Source: Candidatus Latescibacterota bacterium
GTDB taxonomy: Bacteria; Latescibacterota; UBA2968; UBA8231
Direction: 5' to 3'
NCBI GenBank assembly: GCA_965243025.1
Contig: CBDETY010000003.1
Span: 3,936,001-4,000,000 of the forward strand
Length of the DNA: 64,000 nt
The first letter of the stretch is position 1, and each line of letters starts with the position of its first letter. Positions 56,427 through 64,000 of the stretch are shown here, piece after piece. Below the pieces are notes generated by a model. That model worked only from the letters and a program-made list of their open reading frames with translations. It was not told where the DNA came from and made no database searches. Made by a program: the position numbers and the translations under genes.

Positions 56427-57257
56427 TCAGGCCGGCAGCCGGGAGCGCAGGAAGGCGACGCTGTCGGCGACCTGGTCCTCGTCGAGGCCGTGCAGGATCA
56501 GCGGGACCGGCTCTGCGAGCTGCCCCAGCAGGGAGAGGTAGAGGTCGTAGTCGAGCAGCCCGGTGCCGGCGGCGAGGTTGCCGGCCTCGCCGTCCCGGTC
56601 GAGGTCCTTGGCGTGGGCCAGGGCGATGTCGCCGGCGAGGAGGTCGAACGCCTCCTTCAGAATCTCCCCCATGCGCGGCAGCTCCCCCTCGTGGTAGATG
56701 TTGGCGCCGTCGATGACGACCCCGAGCCGGGGCGAGGCGACCTCGTCGAGGAGGCGGCGCGCCTTGCGGCTCGAATCGACGACGTTGGCGACCTCCGGCT
56801 CGAAGCCCAGGGTGACCCCGGTCTCCTCGGCCAGCGGCAGCACCGAGGCGAGCGACTCGACCAGGTCGTTCCAGGCCTCCGGGGTGCCGTTGTCCGGGTG
56901 AGGGTCCCACATGCGCCCGGGGTTGCGGGTGCCGGTGCAGAGGGTGATCACCGGCGCCCCGAGCCGCGGGCAGGCGGCGATCAGCCGGCGCAGGCGCTCC
57001 AGGCCCTGCCGCCGCTGCTCGAGGTCGGGGTGGATCATGTTGAAGGTCCCCGAGACCGCCGCCATCGACACCCCGCGCAGGGCCATCTGACCGCTGACGT
57101 GGCCGCAGAGCGAATCGTCGATGCTCTCGGGCAGGGTCTCCATGCCGGCGGTCTCGAAGTTGAACTGGACGCAGGTGAGACCGTGAAAACGGACGGCGTC
57201 GAACACCTCCTCCATGAGGGGGCGCTCGAAGTGCTTCGAGAAGATTCCCAGTTCCAT
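56427..57257 (-). CDS. Sugar-phosphate isomerase/epimerase
   Basis: SGTFNMIHP, LCTGT, GFEPE.ANVV, AHAKD, AGTG.LDY. Confidence 0.85.
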   Translation of the reverse strand: MELGIFSKHFERPLMEEVFDAVRFHGLTCVQFNFETAGMETLPESIDDSLCGHVSGQMALRGVSMAAVSGTFNMIHPDLEQRRQGLERLRRLIAACPRLGAPVITLCTGTRNPGRMWDPHPDNGTPEAWNDLVESLASVLPLAEETGVTLGFEPEVANVVDSSRKARRLLDEVASPRLGVVIDGANIYHEGELPRMGEILKEAFDLLAGDIALAHAKDLDRDGEAGNLAAGTGLLDYDLYLSLLGQLAEPVPLILHGLDEDQVADSVAFLRSRLPA

Positions 57258-58348
57258 CAGACGCCTCCTTCGACGTCGGCGACCGCGACCCTGGCTCCAC
57301 CCCTTCGGGACGATTGGGAAACCGCCACGAGGGCGCGCACCGCGGCGGTGCCGTCGTCGGCGTCGGCCCCGTGCTGCGGCTCCCCCCTGAGAACGGCGTC
57401 GGCGAACCCTTCGAGCTGCAGCCGGTAGGTGTAGGCGTCCTCCCCGAGGGGGCGGCGGTACACCCCGTCCTTCTGCGAGAAGCACTCGACGTAGCTCGAC
57501 TTGTGATACCAGATCAGCCCGCCCCTTGCCAGGACGCTGCCGTGCTCGCCGATGGCGCGGAAGCCGAACTCGACGTCCCCGCGCTGCGGTACGCAGAGGT
57601 CGAGGTGGCCGAGGCAGCCGTCGGCGTACTCGACGGCGACGAACCAGCAATGGGAGCCGGCGCGCTGGAGGTGGCGGGCGCTGACCGCGGCGATCGGCCC
57701 CCCGGCGAAGCGGGCGGCGTCGAAGGCATGGGCGCCGTGCGTCATCAACAGGTAGCGTTGGCGGTCCGCTTTGGGATCGGCCTCGGGCCGCTTCGAGCCT
57801 TCGCTGGCGGCGATCACCGGCAGCAGGTTGTCCGTCATCGTGTAGCGGTCGGCCGAGTCGTAGTACCACACCTTGATGGCGACGCGCTCCCCCATCTCGG
57901 CGGCGATGAAGTCGCCGGCGAAGCGGAAGCCGGGGTCGAAGCGCCAGTTGTTGCCGACCTGAAGCGTCACCCCGGCCTCGCGGACCCTGGCGCGCAGCTC
58001 CTCGCACTCCTCGACGGAGGTGCCGAGCGGCTTCTCGACGAGGACGTGCTTGCCGGCCGCGACCGCCTCCAGGCTCAGCGGCACGTGGAAGGGGTCGCTG
58101 GTGGCGACGACGACGGCCTCCACCCGGGGGTCGGCGAGCATGGCGGCGTAGTCGCGGTAGGCAACCGCCGGCTCGTGCACGGCGGCCATCTTCTCGACCA
58201 GGTCCGCGGCGGCGTCGCAGATGGCGTAGAGCTCGGTGTTGCGCCCCTTGCGGCAGGCGTCGAGGTGAGCCATCTGGGCGATCGGCCCGCAGCCGAGAAC
58301 GCCTACCCGAAGGAGGCGGTCCTCCCTGGGGACTGGATTGCTTGACAT
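57257..58348 (-). CDS. Gfo/Idh/MocA oxidoreductase
   Basis: GVLGCGPIA, GKHVLVEKP, HGAHAFD. Confidence 0.88.
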   Translation of the reverse strand: MSSNPVPREDRLLRVGVLGCGPIAQMAHLDACRKGRNTELYAICDAAADLVEKMAAVHEPAVAYRDYAAMLADPRVEAVVVATSDPFHVPLSLEAVAAGKHVLVEKPLGTSVEECEELRARVREAGVTLQVGNNWRFDPGFRFAGDFIAAEMGERVAIKVWYYDSADRYTMTDNLLPVIAASEGSKRPEADPKADRQRYLLMTHGAHAFDAARFAGGPIAAVSARHLQRAGSHCWFVAVEYADGCLGHLDLCVPQRGDVEFGFRAIGEHGSVLARGGLIWYHKSSYVECFSQKDGVYRRPLGEDAYTYRLQLEGFADAVLRGEPQHGADADDGTAAVRALVAVSQSSRRGGARVAVADVEGGV

Positions 58349-58374
58349 GGCCGGGGCGGTTGCGGGGCGGGCCC

Positions 58375-59211
58375 TTACCCGGTCCTGGGGGCGGGAATCC
58401 CGTTCCCTTCCGGGCGTTCCCGGTGCCGCCAGTACCCGGACGGGTCGCTGCCCCTGACGATGATGCCGACAGGGGCGAGGTTCTCCTCGAAGCGCACGTC
58501 CGGGGGGTTGTAGCGCAGGGTCAGGCCGCAGCGCCTGCGCGCCGAGCTGTTCGGCACCGAGCCGTGCAGCAGCAGGTCGCTGTGCAGGGAAACCTGGCCC
58601 GCCCTCATCACGAACGGGACCGGCTCGTCCCCCCAGTCGAGCGGGTTCGGCACCGACTGGCTGAGCACGTTGGCAGACATGTCCCCCAGCTTCTCGTACG
58701 GGATCTGGCCGTGCAGGTGGGAGCCGGGGATCACCGTCATCGGCCCGTTGTCCATGCCGACGTCGTCGATCGCCAGCCACACGGTCACGATCCTGCTCGG
58801 GGTGATCGCCCAGTAGGAAGCGTCCTGGTGCCAGGCGACCTGCTTGGTCTCCCCCGGTTCCTTGCAGAAGAAATGGGTCATGGTGCAGACGAGGTCCGGT
58901 CCGAGCAGGTCCTCGACGTAATCGACGATGCGGGGCTCGACCGCGAGATCGTAGATGCGGGAACAGTACTTGTCCCAGCCGTTGATCGAATAGCTGTTGT
59001 GGCCGGCGGCGGCGGCCCGCTGCATCAGGTCGTCGAACCAGGCGCGGTTCGCCCCGGCCTCGGACTCGTCGAAGACGTCGAGGGGAAAGACGAACCCCTT
59101 CTCGTTGAACTGGTCGACCTGGGCGCGGGTGAGGGTTTTCGGGTTGCTGTTCTCCGCGGGGAAGAAGCGCAGGTCCCGCTCCATCCGGGGGTGGGCGTCG
59201 GTCAGCAGCAT
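58375..59211 (-). CDS. Phytanoyl-CoA dioxygenase family protein
   Basis: WHQD, VWLAIDD, NGPM.VIPGSH, LLHGS.PN.S.RRR. Confidence 0.9.
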   Translation of the reverse strand: MLLTDAHPRMERDLRFFPAENSNPKTLTRAQVDQFNEKGFVFPLDVFDESEAGANRAWFDDLMQRAAAAGHNSYSINGWDKYCSRIYDLAVEPRIVDYVEDLLGPDLVCTMTHFFCKEPGETKQVAWHQDASYWAITPSRIVTVWLAIDDVGMDNGPMTVIPGSHLHGQIPYEKLGDMSANVLSQSVPNPLDWGDEPVPFVMRAGQVSLHSDLLLHGSVPNSSARRRCGLTLRYNPPDVRFEENLAPVGIIVRGSDPSGYWRHRERPEGNGIPAPRTG

Positions 59212-59706
59212 GGGCGAATGGTAACCACGGGTTCCTGTTTCCGGGGGGAAGAAGCGCAAGTCCGCTCCACATGGGAATGGGGCGGCGGTCGGCCCGGCGA
59301 ATAGTAACGAGGGCACATGGGGGCGGCAACGGACCGGGAAGCCGGGAACCCTGTCACAACCCGGGGGAGCGCAGGTCTCCTGCCATTCCCCGTGCACCGG
59401 CGCGACAGGGGAAATGTGACCCCGACTCCCGAATTATCAATACAACTGTGGAGTTGTATCCCAAAAAATCGCAGGTGAACTGACCGGCTTGCGCGGCCCG
59501 GTGGCGACGGCTATTCGGGTCCGGTAATCCGGTTTGTTTCAAATAGGGCGGTTGTCGGAGGTCCGGTCGAGCGCAAGATTACTCCGGTAAAATCCGCTGC
59601 AGTCGGCAGTACCACCCACCCCGGCGCCTTTCCAATGAACTGCCTCCCGACCATCGCGACGCTGTTACCCCGGCAATCTTCAACCAGGTCTTCCCGGCCA
59701 GCCATC

Positions 59707-60930
59707 ATGGCCCCCTGCTTCCTCCGGCATGCCGTGGCGGCGGCGTTAATGCCCATTCTCCTTGTCCCGACCCCCGCGCTCGGGGACCCGGAGGGAGCCG
59801 GCGGCGCCGGAGTTTCCGGGGAAACAGAAGCCCGGGAGCTGTACGAGAGCGCGTTCCGGGCCCTCGCCGACGGGCGGTATGGAACGGCTTACGGCTACCT
59901 GAACGACCTGACCGCGAGGTATCCCCGAACCCTGTTCGCCCCCATCGCCGCCGAGCGCAAGAGACGCCTGGAAGAGCTGGGGCTGCATCTGGCCGGCCGC
60001 GGACCCGGCGACCGGGAGGGCCGCACCGGCGCGCTCGTGTACGGAACCCTCTACTCCACCTGGCTGGGGGTGGGCACCGCCATCGTCGCCGGTGCCGACT
60101 CCGACCGGGCCCTGGCTGCGGGCATGATGACCGGGGCCCCCGCCGGCCTGGCCGCCACCCATCTCCTGACCCGGGGCCGGGCCCTGAGTCCGGGGCAGGG
60201 AGCCCTCGTCCGGCTCGGGGGTCTCTGGGGCACCTGGCAGGGGTTCGGATGGACCGCCGCTTCCGCAGACGAACCCTCCGAGCGGCGGCTGACCGCGTTT
60301 TCGATGGCCGGTGGACTGGCCGGCATCGCCGGCAGTGCGGCGATCACACGCGTTTTCGACCTCAGCACGGGCGACGCCAGTCTTCTCGACTTCGGGGGTA
60401 TCTGGGGAACGTGGTTCGGTTTCTGCCTCTCGGTCATGGCCGAAGCGGACGACAACGCGGTTTTGAAGAGTTCCCTGACAGGTGGGAACCTCGGCCTCGC
60501 CGCCGTGGCGATGCTGGTCCCCCGGGTCGGGCTGACCCGGGAGCAGGCCCGCCTGATCAACCTCGGGGGAGTGGCGGGCACTTTCATGGCCACCGGCATC
60601 GTCGGCCTGCTCGCCCTGGGAGGCAGCTTCGAAAACGCCACGGTGCCCATGGGCATCATAACGGCGGGAGGAATCGCCGGTCTCTGGTCCGGTTTCGCGA
60701 TCAGGCAGCGGGAGCTCCCATCCGGAGCCTTCTCCCGGGGCAGGGCTCGATTGTTGTCGAAATGGGGCGGGCCGGCCCCTGGCCGGCAAAGCTCACCGAT
60801 GGCAGTGGAATGGGGTGGGGGTGTACATGCCCCTCGGTTCCCTGCCCCCGCTGACGGCAGGTTGGCAGGGGGACCCCGGTCGCATCCCCAGGCGGCCCTT
60901 CGCGCGGTTCTGCTGACAGTCAGGTTCTGA
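59707..60930 (+). CDS. Exported/membrane protein with TPR-like hairpin and Gly-rich GGxWGxW repeats (paralog 1)
   Basis: Signal peptide; BamD-like helical N-terminus; repeated 'G.A.L..(L/F)GG.WGTW'. Confidence 0.65.
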   Translation: MAPCFLRHAVAAALMPILLVPTPALGDPEGAGGAGVSGETEARELYESAFRALADGRYGTAYGYLNDLTARYPRTLFAPIAAERKRRLEELGLHLAGRGPGDREGRTGALVYGTLYSTWLGVGTAIVAGADSDRALAAGMMTGAPAGLAATHLLTRGRALSPGQGALVRLGGLWGTWQGFGWTAASADEPSERRLTAFSMAGGLAGIAGSAAITRVFDLSTGDASLLDFGGIWGTWFGFCLSVMAEADDNAVLKSSLTGGNLGLAAVAMLVPRVGLTREQARLINLGGVAGTFMATGIVGLLALGGSFENATVPMGIITAGGIAGLWSGFAIRQRELPSGAFSRGRARLLSKWGGPAPGRQSSPMAVEWGGGVHAPRFPAPADGRLAGGPRSHPQAALRAVLLTVRF

Positions 60931-60939
60931 ACGGAAGCC

Positions 60940-62082
60940 ATGCTCTCGAAAGGGTGGGCGATCCCGGTACTGTGGGCGGTCTTCTGGCTGCCGTGCCAGC
61001 TCTGCGCTCAGCGGGATGGGGAGCAGCCCGAGGTTCTGGAAGCCAGGATCCTGTACGAGGCCGCGGCCGGACTGACGGACCGGGGGGAGTACGACAAGGC
61101 CCTGCGGCGCCTCGACTGGATCTCCGCGGAGTACGGAGAAAGTGCGTACGCCGCCCTGGCCCTCCAGAAGCAGAAGGAGATCCGCCGCATGGAGAGCGTC
61201 GAGATCGCCATCAGCCCCCCCGCCAGGGTGGGGCTGACCGTCTTCGGAACCGTGTACGCGACCTGGGTCGGCATCGGCGCCGGCATCCTGGTCGAGTCGG
61301 AGGAGCTGGTCTACCTGGGGATGATCGGCGGACCCGTCGTCGGCATGATGACCTCTCTCGACCGGACCCGGGAAGCACCGGTCGGCAACGGGCAGGCTTC
61401 CCTGCTCGCCCTCGGCGGAGCCTGGGGGACCTGGCAGGGTATCGGAGCGGCGGTCCTGGCCGGCAGCGGCTACAAGACCGTGGTCGGGGCGAGCATGGGC
61501 GGGGGCGCCCTCGGGTTCGCGGCCGCCTCTTCCATCGTGCGCCGGACCTGGGTGACCGCCGGCGAGGCGACCCTGGTCAACTTCGGGGGGATATGGGGCG
61601 CGTGGTTCGCCCTGTGCGCCGCAAGGAGCCTGGGGGTTACGGACAGCGACGCGCTCCTCGCCAGCGCCATGGCCGGGGGGAACTTGGGTCTGCTGAAAAT
61701 GGGAGCCCTCGCTCCCCGTCTCGGGATGAGCGGAGAACGGGCGCGGCTGATCAATCTCGGCGGCATCGTCGGCTCCCTGTACGGACTGGGAACCGCGGTC
61801 CTGGCCGACCTCCACAACCGGGAGCCTCCCACCTACGGCATGATGCTGGCAGGGGGGATCCTCGGGCTCGGAGCCGGGACCTGGTTCACCCGGAACCACG
61901 AGGCGACGCAGGAGTTTTTCGCCTCGAGGGACCCGGGCGGTTCTTCGAGACCCGGACCGGACTTTTCGGGCCCGGGCCTGCCCGTGCCGGGGTTGCTTCC
62001 TTCCCCGGGGGCAGTTGGCGGGGACGGGATGGGGACGCCGGCTCTTGAAGTCAGGATGGAACTGGCGAGCCTCCGCTTCTGA
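60940..62082 (+). CDS. Exported/membrane protein with TPR-like hairpin and Gly-rich GGxWGxW repeats (paralog 2)
   Basis: Collinear similarity to 59707-60930 (GT.Y.TW.G.G, LGG.WGTWQG.G, FGGIWG.WF, ARLINLGG). Confidence 0.7.
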   Translation: MLSKGWAIPVLWAVFWLPCQLCAQRDGEQPEVLEARILYEAAAGLTDRGEYDKALRRLDWISAEYGESAYAALALQKQKEIRRMESVEIAISPPARVGLTVFGTVYATWVGIGAGILVESEELVYLGMIGGPVVGMMTSLDRTREAPVGNGQASLLALGGAWGTWQGIGAAVLAGSGYKTVVGASMGGGALGFAAASSIVRRTWVTAGEATLVNFGGIWGAWFALCAARSLGVTDSDALLASAMAGGNLGLLKMGALAPRLGMSGERARLINLGGIVGSLYGLGTAVLADLHNREPPTYGMMLAGGILGLGAGTWFTRNHEATQEFFASRDPGGSSRPGPDFSGPGLPVPGLLPSPGAVGGDGMGTPALEVRMELASLRF

Positions 62083-62340
62083 GAGCCAGGATCCCGAGCC
62101 GTATTCGCGGCCGTAACCGGACAGCGAGCCAAGGGGGCAGGCAGGATCGCCGGGCGGCCCTCGCTGAACCCCCAAAGATCGCAGCCGTGAGAGGGAGCAC
62201 CGAAGTAGCCCGGACCCGGGCCTCGGTCCCGGGCCGTAACGCCAGCGGAACCGAAGGAACTGCGGACCGGCGTATCGAATCGGCGCTTCCGGCCCCGCTT
62301 GCTCCGGGTCCGTGTCAGGCGCCGTACAAATCGAATAAAA

Positions 62341-63201
62341 TCAGCCGCTGACCGGGCCGGCGGCCATGATCCCGTCCCACTGCTCGACGCCGGTGCAGAC
62401 CGTGTCCGGGTCGGCGGCGCTGCGGGCGATGAAGCCGGGGACGCTGTCGCGCCCGGTCGGCATGGCCGGGTCGCTGTAGCGCAGGTCGAGGCTCCAGCGG
62501 ATGTGGTCGGAGCGGTTGGGGATGGAGCGGTGCAGGGTCTTGTGCATGATCAGCAGCACGCCGCCGACGGCGATCTCGCACGGGACCTGCTCCCCCGGGG
62601 GCAGGTGCTCGTCGGGGATCCCCTTGAAGTTGCCCGCCGGCCCCATGCCGTGCTCGTGCGGGATCAGGGGGGCCCTGTGGCTGCCGGCGATCACCTCCAT
62701 GCAGCCGTTCTCGCGGGTCGCGTCGACCATCGGGATCCAGAAGTTCACCATGAAGGTGTCCGAGGCGTCGGGCTGCAGGTAGCCGAGATCCTGGTGCCAG
62801 GGCACGACCCCCTCGTCCTGGCCGGGGAGCTTGGCGCGCAGGTTGAACTGGGGGTGGGCGAGGATTTCCGGGCCGATGACGGACTCGACGATGTCGAGGA
62901 TGGCCGGGGCGGTGACGATCTCGAACATGCCCGGGGTGCGCAGCTTGCCGTGAAACGGCCGCAGCAGTTCCTCGGGGTGGCCGAGCGCCTCGGCGACGCG
63001 GGCGAGACGGCGGGAGAACGGCTCGTTCTCGAACAGGTCGTCGAGGCGACCCTCCGCCCGGGCACCCTCCGCTCCCGCCGATACCATCCCGTCGAGCTCC
63101 CCTTTCAGGGCGTCGAACAGGGAGGGGTCGAACACCTCCTCGATCAGCAGGTAGCCCTGCTGTTTGTAAAGGTCGAGCTGTCGTTCGGTCAGTCCCGGCA
63201 T
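62341..63201 (-). CDS. Phytanoyl-CoA dioxygenase family protein
   Basis: YKQQGYL, PWHQD, NFWIP, NGCMEVIAGSH, LHRS.PN.S...RWS. Confidence 0.9.
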   Translation of the reverse strand: MPGLTERQLDLYKQQGYLLIEEVFDPSLFDALKGELDGMVSAGAEGARAEGRLDDLFENEPFSRRLARVAEALGHPEELLRPFHGKLRTPGMFEIVTAPAILDIVESVIGPEILAHPQFNLRAKLPGQDEGVVPWHQDLGYLQPDASDTFMVNFWIPMVDATRENGCMEVIAGSHRAPLIPHEHGMGPAGNFKGIPDEHLPPGEQVPCEIAVGGVLLIMHKTLHRSIPNRSDHIRWSLDLRYSDPAMPTGRDSVPGFIARSAADPDTVCTGVEQWDGIMAAGPVSG

Positions 63202-63269
63202 GTTGTCGTCTCCTCGAGCTCTGGGTCCGCGCGCCAAAGTAACCGCGGAACGGGGCGCGCGGGAACCGG

Positions 63270-64000
63270 TCAGGGCAGCGGTCCCTCGATCCGGTCGACG
63301 AGCTCTATGGTGTGGATCACGTCGCGCAGATCGGTCAGGGGCACGCTGCCGTTTTCGATGCAGTCGATGAAGTGCTCGTGCAGGGTGAGGGTGCCCTCGT
63401 AGGCCCGCACGTCCTCTTCGGGGACGCCGTCGACCTCCCAGCCCCCCATGACGGTGGTCTCGCCGTCCTCGACGATCTCGATCTCCCCGGGGATCTTCAT
63501 GTAGCAGCCGATGCCGACGCCGTGCAGCTCGGAGCGCAGCACGCGGCCGCCCGAGGCGCGGTTGCCGAAGACCACCCCGGTGGCGCCGCTGTCGAAGCGG
63601 ATCATCGAAGTGTAGCAGTTGCGGCTGCGGCTGCCGAAAGAATCGCGGTAGGCCTTGACCTCGAGCGGCTCGCCGCCGGCCATGTGGCGCAGCAGGTCGA
63701 CGACGTGGACGACGTCGTCCCACAGGGTGGTGCTGAACTCGCGGCCGTCGCCGTCGAGGATCTGCTTGTTGAAGGTGACGCTGGCGACCGACACCGGCCC
63801 CTTCGCGGCGACGCGGCGCACGGCCTCGCGGTTGACCGCGGCGTAGCGGCGCTGCAGGCCGACGGTGCAGAAGACGTCGTTGGCGACCGCGGCGTCGAGC
63901 ATCTGCCGGGTCTCGGCGCTGTTGGCCCCCGGGGGCTTTTCGATGAACAGGTGCTTGCCGGCGTTGAGGCAGTCGAGGGCCGGGCGCAGCAGCCACCTCT
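63270..64000 (-). CDS. Gfo/Idh/MocA oxidoreductase (5'-truncated by the window end)
   Basis: Frame extends upstream through 'GKHLFIEKPPG'; DVVHVVD. Confidence 0.85.
   Translation of the reverse strand, partial: RWLLRPALDCLNAGKHLFIEKPPGANSAETRQMLDAAVANDVFCTVGLQRRYAAVNREAVRRVAAKGPVSVASVTFNKQILDGDGREFSTTLWDDVVHVVDLLRHMAGGEPLEVKAYRDSFGSRSRNCYTSMIRFDSGATGVVFGNRASGGRVLRSELHGVGIGCYMKIPGEIEIVEDGETTVMGGWEVDGVPEEDVRAYEGTLTLHEHFIDCIENGSVPLTDLRDVIHTIELVDRIEGPLP

Overview
This is GC-rich bacterial chromosomal DNA with about 60 real genes; most ORFs in the six-frame track are shadow ORFs. The C-terminal sorting signals (FlgD-Ig domain; TWGRIK tail), NHL/ankyrin/TPR repeat proteins and repeated PhyH dioxygenases and Gfo/Idh/MocA oxidoreductases suggest a Latescibacterota/Gemmatimonadota-like FCB-related lineage, possibly host-associated (inference only). 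The window holds an NHL/cytochrome P460/MbnP-MbnH envelope cluster, a catalytically degenerate vanadium-haloperoxidase-like secreted protein, four toxin-antitoxin loci with decayed or missing toxins, an AlbA_2(Schlafen)-ParA cassette, aspS, soxR with a Rieske target gene, an RNase R-like gene, an ABC-F gene, tRNA-Phe(GAA), murA and several catabolic operons. The standout observation is the 5' region of aspS (25647-26003, minus strand). It has a sigma70 promoter followed by two tandem short leader-peptide ORFs absent from the ORF track: an Asn-rich 28-aa ORF and a 30-aa ORF containing DNDDNN. Each is followed by an intrinsic terminator with a competing antiterminator, which looks like a double ribosome-dependent attenuator sensing Asp-/Asn-tRNA for a probably non-discriminating AspRS. 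A second probable attenuator (leader ending RLPP-stop plus terminator) precedes the ABC-F gene.
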